NCBI GenBank assembly: GCA_002923315.1
Contig: BEHM01000017.1
Location: 1,000-64,999 of the forward strand
Direction of reading: 5' to 3'
DNA length: 64,000 bases
DNA from: a bacterium HR10
GTDB taxonomy: Bacteria; Acidobacteriota; Blastocatellia; HR10
The position numbers and the translations under genes were made by a program. Shown piece after piece: positions 27,255 to 36,403 of the stretch (its first letter is position 1; the number at the start of each line of letters is the position of its first letter). The notes beneath the pieces are model-generated. The model searched no databases. It was not told where the DNA came from and was given only the letters and a program-made list of their open reading frames with translations.

Positions 27255-28189
27255 GCGATGTCCGTGAGGAAATCCGGTCTCGCCTGCTCGAGCTGATTCG
27301 AGACGTCCGCGAGCACCTCCGGTATCTCGAGGAGCTGGGCGTGACGCACTGGGAGGATCTTCCGGCCACGGACGATCTCCGCGCGTGTATTTCCGCGCTC
27401 GCGGCTTCGGAGAGGACGGGCGAGGCGCCCTCCGAACCGCGCGCGGAAGCGGCGCGCGCTCAGGCCACGCTCGATGAAGAGATCCGCAAGGAGGGAGACC
27501 CTATGACGAGCAAGCGACGCGCAGCGCGTTCGGCCACCGCATCACCTGAACGCGCCTCGGAACAACCGACGCTCTTCGGCCACCTCCCCCTGCTGCAGAC
27601 GGCGCCGCCGACCGAGGACCGTACGCTGGAGGAGATTCGCGCCGATGTGGGTGACTGCACGCGCTGCAAGCTGCATCGGTCGCGCACGACGATCGTCTTC
27701 GGCGAAGGTGATCCGCGCGCGCGCATCATGTTCGTCGGCGAAGGACCGGGAGCGGAAGAGGACGCCCAGGGACGCCCCTTCGTCGGCCGCGCGGGACAGC
27801 TGCTCAACCGGATGATCGAAGCCATGGGATTCCGGCGCGAGGAGGTCTATATCACCAACGTCGTCATGTGCCGCCCGCCGAACAATCGCACGCCCGAGCC
27901 CGATGAGATCGCGACCTGCGAGCCGTTCCTCTTCCGGAAGATCCGCGTGATTCGGCCCGATGTCGTCGTCGCTCTGGGCGCCATCGCCGCGCAGTCGCTG
28001 CTGGGGACGAAAGCCCCCATCGGGCAGATCCGCGGACGCTTCTTCGAGGCGCACGGGACGAAGGTCATGCCCACCTTCCATCCCGCCTTCCTGCTGCGCG
28101 CACCCGAGAGGAAACGCGAGGCGTGGGAGGACCTGCGCAAGGTGCGGGATTACGTCCTGAGCCTCTCGCGGGAGCGAGCCTCGCGCTGA
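27251..28189 (+). CDS. Family 4 (Fe-S) uracil-DNA glycosylase with an approximately 125-aa N-terminal extension
   Basis: CTRCKL, GEGPGAEED, VMCRPPNNRTP...C and HPAFLLR motifs. ATGA overlap with the coaBC stop. Confidence 0.85.
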   Translation: MSDVREEIRSRLLELIRDVREHLRYLEELGVTHWEDLPATDDLRACISALAASERTGEAPSEPRAEAARAQATLDEEIRKEGDPMTSKRRAARSATASPERASEQPTLFGHLPLLQTAPPTEDRTLEEIRADVGDCTRCKLHRSRTTIVFGEGDPRARIMFVGEGPGAEEDAQGRPFVGRAGQLLNRMIEAMGFRREEVYITNVVMCRPPNNRTPEPDEIATCEPFLFRKIRVIRPDVVVALGAIAAQSLLGTKAPIGQIRGRFFEAHGTKVMPTFHPAFLLRAPERKREAWEDLRKVRDYVLSLSRERASR

Positions 28190-28205
28190 GTCCGAGCCCG
28201 TGCTC

Positions 28206-29072
28206 TCACCGTGTGGCAGCTTCGATCTCCCGTACGAGATCGAGCGCCGTCCACTCGTTGCCGCGAAAGACCGCCTGCAATTTCCCATCGGGACGAATCA
28301 CAGCCGTCGCGAGATTGTGCGTGATCGTCCCGCCTTCGGTCCAGAACGAGAGCCCGAAGCTCGCACCAAATCGCGCCATCTCGAGCGCCGGACTCGTGGC
28401 GAACGTCCAATGCCGGAAGTCAGCGTTCCACCGCTCCCCATAGGCCTTGAGCACGGCCGGCGTATCATATTCGGGATCGAAGCTGAGCGTCAGGAACCGC
28501 ACGCGATCCTGCTGGAACCACTCCGCCCGCCGTTTCCCCAAGGCTTCCTGCGCTTCGACGAACCGGCGCGTCATCAACGGACAGTAGTTCGGGAAGGGGC
28601 ACCGCGTGAAGATGAACGTGAGGACGATCGTCTTCCCGCGCCATTCGCTGAGCCGAAACGTGCGCCCATCTTGATCCGTGAGCGCGATGTCCGGAACATC
28701 ATCGCCCGGATTGAGCAGATATTCGATCGGAAGGGCCTTGGACCGATCCCAGGTGGGCGGCTCGCCCTTCTTCACCACGCGCAGGCGGGAGATCCATCCC
28801 TCCTCCTCGGTGACGACCAGCTCCCCCTCGACCTCATCGCCGGGCTCGACGCCCTCGAGCACGCGCGGGTCTTTGATGGGAAACGGCATCGTCATCGCCT
28901 TCATGTAACCGGGGATCTCCTCATGCGCGAGCGTGACCGATTGCCGATTGGCGGCCACGGCGACGACGCGCCCCCGGATGGCATACGTCCGTTCGGACGC
29001 GCGCTCCCGACATCCGAGAAGCGAGGTCAGCAGCAACAGCAGGATCGCACCGATGCTCCACTTCCGCCGCAT
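28206..29072 (-). CDS. Lipoprotein fusing a CusF-like copper-binding domain to a Sco1/SenC thioredoxin-fold domain
   Basis: C-terminal 288 aa of track ORF 28206..30275, starting at ATG 29072. Signal and lipobox MRRKWSIGAILLLLLTSLLGC. CusF-like HEEIPGYMKAMTMPF. Sco-like FIFTRCPFPNYCP...THN. Confidence 0.8.
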   Translation of the reverse strand: MRRKWSIGAILLLLLTSLLGCRERASERTYAIRGRVVAVAANRQSVTLAHEEIPGYMKAMTMPFPIKDPRVLEGVEPGDEVEGELVVTEEEGWISRLRVVKKGEPPTWDRSKALPIEYLLNPGDDVPDIALTDQDGRTFRLSEWRGKTIVLTFIFTRCPFPNYCPLMTRRFVEAQEALGKRRAEWFQQDRVRFLTLSFDPEYDTPAVLKAYGERWNADFRHWTFATSPALEMARFGASFGLSFWTEGGTITHNLATAVIRPDGKLQAVFRGNEWTALDLVREIEAATR

Positions 29073-29133
29073 AAGGCATACAGTGTATCGGCCCCCGCGC
29101 CATGCGCGCAAATCGCGCGCGAGCTGCCGCCCC

Positions 29134-29162
29134 TTGTTCGACGCTCCCCGCCTCAGTACAAT
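29134..29162 (+). promoter_or_regulatory. Promoter candidate for the HEAT-repeat gene: TTGTTC-17-TACAAT
   Basis: ccTTGTTCgacgctccccgcctcagTACAATgctcc, about 30 nt upstream of GAGGAGGG and GTG 29196. Confidence 0.4.
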
Positions 29163-29195
29163 GCTCCTTCGAGCGCCCGTATGAGGAGGGAGAAC

Positions 29196-30038
29196 GTGTC
29201 GGAGAGAACGACGCCGCAACGTTCGCGGTCGGTCCTGCTCTTGATGCTGCTGGCCTTCCTCTTCATCCTCGTCCCTTTTCTGACCTGGTATCTCACCTGG
29301 TTCGGGCGCCCGCTCACGGATCGCCAGATCGAACGCTACCTCAACGATGAGGAGAAGCCGCGCCGCGCGCAACACGCGCTCTCGCAAATCGCCGATCGGA
29401 TCCTGCGCGGCGATCCTTCGGTCCGGCGCTGGTACCCGAAGATCGTGAGCCTGGCTGAGCATCCGCGCCCGGAGATTCGCCTGATGGCGGCCTGGGTGAT
29501 GGGGCAAGACAATCAGGCCGAGGAGTTTCACCGCGCCCTCAAACGGTTGTTGGCCGACGCCGTCCCGATGGTTCGGCGGAATGCGGCGCTCGCCCTGGTG
29601 CGCTTCGGAGATGAGAGCGGACGGTCGGAGATCCTCCAGATGCTTCGCGCCGAGCCGATCCGGGCACCGGATGAGGGGACGATCACGCTGAGCGTCTCGG
29701 CCGGAGATGACGTGCGGGCGGAGACGCTGCTGGCGCGCATTCGCTGCGAGGACGGACGCCAGGTGGATGTGCGCGCGCCTTGGCCGGGACGCATCGAGCG
29801 CGTGCTCACGACAAGCGGAGCGCGCATGCGCACGGGGGAGGAGATCCTCCACCTGGCGCCCGAGCGTCAACAGGTCTACGAAGCCCTGCGCGCGCTCTAT
29901 TTCATCGGGCGAGCGGAGGACCTGCCCGAGGTCGAACGCTACATCAATGCGGGCCCAGAGTGGCCCGAGACCGTGCGCGAACAAGCGCGCCGCACCGCTC
30001 ACGCCATCCGACAACGGACGGCCCAGCCCGCACCTTAG
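29196..30038 (+). CDS. Membrane-anchored HEAT-repeat protein with a C-terminal lipoyl/HlyD-like barrel-sandwich motif
   Basis: C-terminal part of track ORF 28200..30038. GTG 29196 lies 5 nt after GAGGAGGG (ATG 29181 is also in frame). One TM span SVLLLMLLAFLFILVPFLTWYL. HEAT-like EIRLMAAWVMGQD / PMVRRNAALALVRFGD. Confidence 0.65.
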   Translation: MSERTTPQRSRSVLLLMLLAFLFILVPFLTWYLTWFGRPLTDRQIERYLNDEEKPRRAQHALSQIADRILRGDPSVRRWYPKIVSLAEHPRPEIRLMAAWVMGQDNQAEEFHRALKRLLADAVPMVRRNAALALVRFGDESGRSEILQMLRAEPIRAPDEGTITLSVSAGDDVRAETLLARIRCEDGRQVDVRAPWPGRIERVLTTSGARMRTGEEILHLAPERQQVYEALRALYFIGRAEDLPEVERYINAGPEWPETVREQARRTAHAIRQRTAQPAP

Positions 30039-30184
30039 CCCGATCGCGCTCGCACGGCTGAGCCCAAGAAGCAGCCGCGTGGGCATGCTCTCGCTCCCGC
30101 ACGCTCGGGGCCGTCTGTCGCATCGCGAACGCGTGTGGGGGCACGCCCGCCTCTGTCCCACGAGCAGAGGGCGAGAGCCCTCTC

Positions 30185-30214
30185 TTGACACCCACACAAG
30201 GCGCGATATATATT
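30185..30214 (+). promoter_or_regulatory. Promoter candidate for the peptidase/amidohydrolase genes: TTGACA-18-TATATT
   Basis: tcTTGACAcccacacaaggcgcgataTATATTctcg. A 7-bp hairpin AGAGGGC-gaga-GCCCTCT (30166-30183) abuts the -35 element. Confidence 0.5.
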
Positions 30215-30266
30215 CTCGCTCGCCCGAAAGGAGGTTCAATATCGCCACGATGAGGAGAGGGGGACT

Positions 30267-31661
30267 ATGGGACACATGACGCGACGATCCTTTCTGACTT
30301 CCCTGGGCGTCTCAACGGTCCTCGCGCGTTCGCAGTCTCTCTTCGGATCGCGCGAGGACCACATGGGATCACCGCCGCTTCCCCTCCCTTCGGAGCTGGG
30401 GCGCGAGCCGCTGTTGCAGGTGACCCCGCTCTCGCCGCCGTTTCGCCTGCCGGAGAGTTGGTACCGCCAGACGGTGAGGCGGCTGCAAGAGCGGTTGGCC
30501 GAACGCGGGCTCGACGGCATCATCCTGAAAGATCGGTGGAACATCATCTACGTCTCCGGCCTCTTCCACACGACGACGGAACGACCGTTCTGGCTCTTCG
30601 TCCCCACGCGGGGGGAGCCAATCTTCTTCTACCCGGGGCTCGATAAGGACCTCGTCAACACGTGGTGGATCAAGGAGGGCGAATGGTACTTCGATTATCC
30701 GCATGCCGGGTCGTTCAACGCGCTCGCGTATAAGGCGGGGCTGAAGGCCGATCTCTTGCAGTGGATGCTCAGGGGGTTGGCCAAGCGCGGATTCGGGCGC
30801 GCGCGCCTGGGCATCGAAGAGGAGGTCGGGCCGACGACGATGAAGCGCATGCAAGAGGCGCTGCCCGAAGCCCGGTTCGAGGTGGCTGGCGACGTGCTCC
30901 TCCGCATGCGCATGATCAAGACGCCCGAGGAGATCGAGCTGACGCGCAAGGCGATCGCGCTGCACGATCGGATGCTCGCCTTCGCCCGCGACTACATCCT
31001 GCAGCGGGGGACCGACGCCACCGATTTCGAGGTGCGGCATCGGACAGAGGAATTCGCCACGCACGAGCTGATGAAGCTCATGCAGCCCACCGGGCGTCCC
31101 CATCAGGCCGTCGGCGTGAACTTGCGCTTCAGTTGCCGCGCGGGCGTGGCCACGGCTTACCCGCATCCGAATCAGTTCTTCTACGCGCGCATTCGGCGGG
31201 GCGATGCCGTTCAAATCGCCGCCGTCATCACCATCGGCGGCTATGGAGGCGAAGGCTACCGCGCCCTGCATATCGAGCCGATGACCGATCACCAGCGGAA
31301 GCTGTGGGACGTGCACACGGAGATGGTCCTCAAGCAACAGGAACTCAGCCGAGCCGGCGTCCGATGCAACGAAGTCGCCGAGAAGGTCCTGGAGATCGCC
31401 GTCCGCGCCGGACTCGAACGATACATCTACCACCGCCCGGCGCACGGTCAGGGGATGGAGGGGCATCAGGCGCCGTACATCGCTCCAGGCGATGACACCG
31501 TCCTCGAAGAGGGGATGATGTTCAGCAACGAGCCGGGGCTCTACGATCCCGAAGGCGGCTTCGGCTACAACCATTCCAATTGCGTGCTCGTGACGAAGGA
31601 TCGAGGTGTGGCCTTGAACCAAACGCCCCTCACGCGCGAGTGGTGCTGGCTGAAATTGTGA
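30267..31661 (+). CDS. M24-family metallopeptidase (Xaa-Pro aminopeptidase / creatinase-like) with Tat signal
   Basis: Track ORF, 464 aa. Twin-arginine motif MTRRSFLTSLGVSTVLA. Pita-bread C-domain with H..G.G.E.H / SNEPGLY residues. Confidence 0.8.
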   Translation: MGHMTRRSFLTSLGVSTVLARSQSLFGSREDHMGSPPLPLPSELGREPLLQVTPLSPPFRLPESWYRQTVRRLQERLAERGLDGIILKDRWNIIYVSGLFHTTTERPFWLFVPTRGEPIFFYPGLDKDLVNTWWIKEGEWYFDYPHAGSFNALAYKAGLKADLLQWMLRGLAKRGFGRARLGIEEEVGPTTMKRMQEALPEARFEVAGDVLLRMRMIKTPEEIELTRKAIALHDRMLAFARDYILQRGTDATDFEVRHRTEEFATHELMKLMQPTGRPHQAVGVNLRFSCRAGVATAYPHPNQFFYARIRRGDAVQIAAVITIGGYGGEGYRALHIEPMTDHQRKLWDVHTEMVLKQQELSRAGVRCNEVAEKVLEIAVRAGLERYIYHRPAHGQGMEGHQAPYIAPGDDTVLEEGMMFSNEPGLYDPEGGFGYNHSNCVLVTKDRGVALNQTPLTREWCWLKL

Positions 31662-31698
31662 GGAGCGGTTTGCGAAACATCGCACACGGGAGGAAGCG

Positions 31699-33339
31699 AT
31701 GCTCCGAATGACGAGGAACGCCTGGATGATGGGACTGGTCCTCACCCTCGCCGGGATGAGCCTCTCGGCATGGCCGCAGACGCCGCCGCAAGAGCGGCGC
31801 AGCATCCCGCCGGCGCCGGATCGGCGGCCGGACGAAGGCGAGGGGCCGTTTGAGCGCTTGATCATTCGCGGCGCGACGCTCATTGATGGGACGGGCGCGC
31901 CGCCCATCGGCCCTGTGGATATCGTCATCGAAGGGAACCGCATTCGGGAGATCCGAAGTGTCGGATACCCGGGAGTCCCCATTCGCGACGCTGGCCGGCC
32001 GCAGGGGGCGACGCGCGAGATTGATGCGCACGGCATGTACGTGCTGCCCGGATTCGTGGACCTGCACGGGCACATCGGTGGCGTCGCCCAGGGCACGCCG
32101 GCCGAGTACGTCTACAAGCTCTGGATGGCGCATGGGATCACCACCGTGCGCGATCCGGGTTCGGGTAATGGCGTGGACTGGACACTGCGCGAGCGAGAGC
32201 GCAGCGCGAAGAATCAGATCGTCGCTCCGCGCATCTTCGTCTACGTCCGTCCCGGCATGGGATGGGATCGGGGGCCGATCACCACGCCCGAGCTGGCGCG
32301 CGAGTACGTCCGATGGGCGGCGGCCAAAGGCGTGGACGGGCTCAAGCTCACGGCGTACGATCCCGAGATCATGGCCGCGCTCATTGACGAAGCGAAGAAG
32401 CACGGGCTGGGGACGGCGGCGCATCTGGCCCAGACGGGCGTCGCCCGGATGAATGCTCTGGACGCCGCGCGCCTGGGGCTCACGACGTTGGAACACTGGT
32501 ACGGCTTGCCGGAAGCCCTCTTCGCCGATCGCACGGTTCAGGACTTCCCCTACGACTACAACTACAATGACGAACAGCACCGCTTCGGGCAGGCTGGGCG
32601 ACTGTGGAAGCAAGCGGCGCCCCCCGGAAGCCCGAAGTGGAACGCCGTCCTGGAGGAGATGATACGTCTGGGCCTCGTGCTCGATCCGACCTTGAGCATC
32701 TACGAAGCGAGCCGCGATCTGATGCGCGCGATGCGCGCCGAGTGGCACGATACGTACACGCTCCCATCGCTGTGGGCTTTCTATCAACCCAATCGCGAGG
32801 CGCACGGTTCGTTCTTCTTCTACTGGACGACTCAGGACGAGATCGAGTGGAAGAACAATTACCGCCTGTGGATGACCTTCGTGAACGAATACAAGAATCG
32901 CGGTGGGCGCGTCACGACCGGATCGGACTCGGGATTCATCTTCAAGCTCTACGGCTTCGATTACATTCGTGAGCTGGAGCTCCTGCAGGAAGCGGGCTTC
33001 CATCCCCTGGAGGTCATTCGCTCGGCCACGCTCTGGGGCGCGGAGGCGCTCTTCAAGCCCAAGGGGAAGCCGATCGAATTCGGAATTGTTCGCCCGGGCA
33101 TGCTCGCTGATCTGATCCTCGTCGAGGAGAATCCCCTTCAGAACCTGAAGGTCCTCTACGGCACGGGGGCGATGCGCCTCAATGATCGAACCCGTCGGGT
33201 CGAGCGCGTCGGTGGCGTGAAGTACACGATCAAGGATGGGATCATCTACGACGCGAAGAGGCTTCTGGCCGATGTCGCGCGCATGGTCGCCGAGGCCAAA
33301 CGACGCCAGGTGCCAGAGGCGAATGCCGCATCGCGATGA
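31699..33339 (+). CDS. Secreted amidohydrolase-superfamily metal hydrolase
   Basis: Track ORF, 546 aa. Signal-like N-terminus and PGFVDLHGHIGG metal-binding HxH motif. Confidence 0.8.
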   Translation: MLRMTRNAWMMGLVLTLAGMSLSAWPQTPPQERRSIPPAPDRRPDEGEGPFERLIIRGATLIDGTGAPPIGPVDIVIEGNRIREIRSVGYPGVPIRDAGRPQGATREIDAHGMYVLPGFVDLHGHIGGVAQGTPAEYVYKLWMAHGITTVRDPGSGNGVDWTLRERERSAKNQIVAPRIFVYVRPGMGWDRGPITTPELAREYVRWAAAKGVDGLKLTAYDPEIMAALIDEAKKHGLGTAAHLAQTGVARMNALDAARLGLTTLEHWYGLPEALFADRTVQDFPYDYNYNDEQHRFGQAGRLWKQAAPPGSPKWNAVLEEMIRLGLVLDPTLSIYEASRDLMRAMRAEWHDTYTLPSLWAFYQPNREAHGSFFFYWTTQDEIEWKNNYRLWMTFVNEYKNRGGRVTTGSDSGFIFKLYGFDYIRELELLQEAGFHPLEVIRSATLWGAEALFKPKGKPIEFGIVRPGMLADLILVEENPLQNLKVLYGTGAMRLNDRTRRVERVGGVKYTIKDGIIYDAKRLLADVARMVAEAKRRQVPEANAASR

Positions 33340-33451
33340 GATCCAGGGGCGGAGAGATCGGAGGGTAACGTCCCGATCTCTCCGCGCACTGTGAGGGTTG
33401 CTCTGATGCCCGCCCATTCGTGGGACATATTCAACGCATCAGGAGGGGAAG

Positions 33452-36340
33452 ATGAGGACAAAGGTACATGGTCATCACTTGTGGCGCGTTTTCGGGAAGC
33501 TGGCCATGCTGGCCACCCTCGTCCTTTGGTCCTCCGCGGAGACGTCCGCGCAAGTTCAGGTCGGTTCGATCGCGGGGACCGTGAGGGACGCCAGAGGGGC
33601 GGTCCTTCCTGGTGTCACCGTCACCGTGAGCGGACCGGCGCTCATCGGCGGTCCTCGCACGGTGACCACGGATGAGAACGGCTACTACAAGTTCCTCGAT
33701 CTGAAGCCGGGCGAATATACGCTCCGCTTCGAGCATCCCGGCTTCAAGACGCTCGTGCGAGAACGGATCGTCGTCACCTCGGCCTTTCAAGCGACGGTCA
33801 ATGTCCAACTGGATGTGGGGGAGGTGGTCGAGGTCGTCACCGTCAGTGGAGAATCTCCCGTCATTGACACGAGTAACGTCGTGACGCAGACGGTGATCTC
33901 GCAAGACATTCTCGAGCGCATCCCCAATCCCCGCGATCCGTGGGTCCTCGCGCGGATGGTCCCCGGTGTCGCCTCTGGCCGATTCGATGTGGGCGGGACG
34001 GAGGGGATGCAACAGTACGCGCTGACGATTCATGGCTCGCGCGACAGCGATAAGAAATTCGCCATTGACGGTCTGGAGATCAATTGGCCGGGGAGCACCG
34101 GAGGCGCGACGGCGATCTACTACGATGCCGGCATGTTCAAAGAGGTCAACTATCAGGTCGGTGCGTTGCCCGCCGAGATCTCTCAAGGGGGCGTCTACAT
34201 GAACATGGTGACCAAAGATGGCGGGAATGAGATTCACGGCTCCATCCTCTTCTTCGGCGCCACCGATGCGCTGCAGGCCAATAACGTGAGCCCTGAACTG
34301 CGGGAGAAACTGCTGGCGCGCGTGCCCGCCCGACTGCGGCAGCGCCCGGACGTGAAGGCGGGGAATCCCATCAAGAACGTCTACGACCTGAACGGCAACG
34401 TCGGCGGGCCCTTCATCAAGGATAAGCTCTGGTGGTTCGTCTCTGTGCGCCAATGGGGGGTGGATCAGCTCGTCTCCGGGGCGTTCAATCCCGACGAGAC
34501 GCAGGCGATTGACGACAACCGCATCCGCAACGCGTCGGCCAAGGTGACCTGGCAGGTGAACGCACAGCATCGGCTCTCGTTCATGTATAACCGCAACGAG
34601 AAGAACCGCTTCCACCGTCGGGACACGCCCCCGTTCTTCATCGAGGACAAAGCCTCCTGGCTGCAGGATCAGCCCGGATATAGCGCGCACATCAAATGGA
34701 CCTATGCGCCCTCAGCGAAATGGGTCATTGACTCCGGGATTGCCGGCATGCACATCGTCTTCCCGTTGCGGTATCAGAAGGAGGTGCGACCGACCGACAT
34801 CATGCGGGAAGACATCACGCTCTCGACGCGCAGCAATGCGGCGCTCTACAACTACCTGAACCCCAACTATCGCATCTCCATTGATTCGGCGGCCTCGTAC
34901 GTGACGACGGGGTTGGGCGGAGCGCACAGCTTCAAGTTCGGCATTCAATTCATGCGCAGCCTCTTTCGCCAGATCTATACGATGAACGGCGATCACGGAT
35001 TGATCTTCGATAACGGGCGTCCGGCCTTCGTGCGCGTCTACAACACGCCGATCGAGCAGGCGAACTATCTCCACCAGTTCGCGTGGTTCGTGCAAGATGC
35101 CTGGACCATTCGCGGACGGCTCACGCTGAATCTGGGCCTGCGCTACGAATATGCGCTGGGCGTGATCCCCCCGCAACGCTCGGCGGCCGGAACGTTCGTC
35201 CCCGAGCGGAGTTTCCCGGAGATTCGCAATGTGCCCAACTTCAAGGACTGGGCGCCGCGGCTGGGCCTCTCCTGGGACATCATGGGAACCGGTCGAACGG
35301 TCCTCAAGGCGAGTGCCAGTCGGTACCTGCAAAACGTCGGCATGGCCTATCCGGTGAGTGTGAATCCTCTCGGCTTGAGCGTGGAGACGCGCACGTGGAC
35401 GGATCGCAACGGCGATGGGCTCGCCCAGCGGGATGAGATCGGGCCAGGCCCGGGCTTCGTCGGGGGATTGACGACGCGCATGGATCCGAATCTGGAGCGG
35501 CCCTATTCGTGGGAATACTCGCTCGGCATTCAGCAGCAGATCTATCGCGATCTGGTCGTCTCAGTCATCGCTTGGCACCGCGACAATCGGCGACAGGTCG
35601 GACGCGCGAACGTGGCCGTTCCCCCGTCGGCGTATATCCCGGTGCGCCTCACGCTCCCGGCGGATCTCCCCGCGCCTTTTGCCGGACAGACGATCACCGT
35701 CTACAATCAGGACCCGGCGACGCGGGGACGGGTGGACTTCCTCCTCACGAACTTCAAGGAGCTCGATAGCGAATACAACGGTGTGGACATCACCTTCATG
35801 AAGCGGATGTCGCAGCGATGGCAATTGTTGGGCGGTCTGACCATCGGGCGAGAACGCGGCGCGTTCCGCGGAGACCTCGTCAACGGCCTCGACGACCTGA
35901 ACAATCCGAACTTCAACATCAACCGGAAGGGCATCGTGGGCAACGACTCCCCCTACATCTTCAAGCTCGCCGGGACGTACCAGCTCCCCTGGGGCTTCGA
36001 GGTGAGCGGGAACTTCCAACATTTCACCGGCTATCCCCTGCGGCGCATCTTCACCGTGAGGACAGCCCACATTCCGAATCTCACCCAGGTCAGCCAGGCG
36101 ATTGATCTGGTCGAGCGCGGCACGGTGCGACTGCCTAACATCAACCTCCTTGATCTCCGCATCTCGCGCATCTTCGGCATCGGCGAGCGATGGCGGATCG
36201 AGCCGGCGCTCGACATCTTCAACGTGGGGAACGTCGCCACCACAACGGCGGTGATCGAAGCTGTGGGGCCAGCGCTCGATCAGCCGACGGTGATCGTCGC
36301 CCCGCGCCTCTTCAAACTGGGCGTGAAGGTGAACTTCTGA
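33452..36340 (+). CDS. Oar-like TonB-dependent-receptor-type outer-membrane protein with CarboxypepD_reg N-domain
   Basis: Track ORF, 962 aa. Signal peptide, then GSIAGTVRDARGAVLPGVTVTVSG...DENGYYKFLDLKPGEYTLRFEHPGF, a long beta-barrel-like region and a C-terminal Phe (..KVNF). Confidence 0.8.
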   Translation: MRTKVHGHHLWRVFGKLAMLATLVLWSSAETSAQVQVGSIAGTVRDARGAVLPGVTVTVSGPALIGGPRTVTTDENGYYKFLDLKPGEYTLRFEHPGFKTLVRERIVVTSAFQATVNVQLDVGEVVEVVTVSGESPVIDTSNVVTQTVISQDILERIPNPRDPWVLARMVPGVASGRFDVGGTEGMQQYALTIHGSRDSDKKFAIDGLEINWPGSTGGATAIYYDAGMFKEVNYQVGALPAEISQGGVYMNMVTKDGGNEIHGSILFFGATDALQANNVSPELREKLLARVPARLRQRPDVKAGNPIKNVYDLNGNVGGPFIKDKLWWFVSVRQWGVDQLVSGAFNPDETQAIDDNRIRNASAKVTWQVNAQHRLSFMYNRNEKNRFHRRDTPPFFIEDKASWLQDQPGYSAHIKWTYAPSAKWVIDSGIAGMHIVFPLRYQKEVRPTDIMREDITLSTRSNAALYNYLNPNYRISIDSAASYVTTGLGGAHSFKFGIQFMRSLFRQIYTMNGDHGLIFDNGRPAFVRVYNTPIEQANYLHQFAWFVQDAWTIRGRLTLNLGLRYEYALGVIPPQRSAAGTFVPERSFPEIRNVPNFKDWAPRLGLSWDIMGTGRTVLKASASRYLQNVGMAYPVSVNPLGLSVETRTWTDRNGDGLAQRDEIGPGPGFVGGLTTRMDPNLERPYSWEYSLGIQQQIYRDLVVSVIAWHRDNRRQVGRANVAVPPSAYIPVRLTLPADLPAPFAGQTITVYNQDPATRGRVDFLLTNFKELDSEYNGVDITFMKRMSQRWQLLGGLTIGRERGAFRGDLVNGLDDLNNPNFNINRKGIVGNDSPYIFKLAGTYQLPWGFEVSGNFQHFTGYPLRRIFTVRTAHIPNLTQVSQAIDLVERGTVRLPNINLLDLRISRIFGIGERWRIEPALDIFNVGNVATTTAVIEAVGPALDQPTVIVAPRLFKLGVKVNF

Positions 36341-36349
36341 TCTCGCCGA

Positions 36350-36403
36350 GGGCATCGCCCCGAGCGTGGACGGAGCACCCCTCTCCCACGTCGGGCGATG
36401 CCC
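36350..36403 (+). terminator. GC-rich stem-loop 10 nt after the outer-membrane protein stop (no U-tract)
   Basis: GGGCATCGCCCCGAGCGTGG-acggagcacccctctc-CCACGTCGGGCGATGCCC. Arms pair with two single-nt bulges. Confidence 0.4.

Noticed and set aside
28200-30275. Two mutually antisense ORFs of 612 aa (plus strand) and 689 aa (minus strand) covering the same 1.8 kb
   Set aside because: Only the C-terminal 280 aa (plus strand, HEAT protein) and 288 aa (minus strand, CusF-Sco lipoprotein) have protein-like sequence, start signals and motifs. The remaining parts are each the shadow of the other gene.
30369-33417. Two minus-strand ORFs of 575 aa and 595 aa (30369..32096 and 31630..33417)
   Set aside because: Antisense shadows of the M24 peptidase and amidohydrolase genes. 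The same applies to 33431..34690 and 35561..36568 opposite the outer-membrane protein gene.
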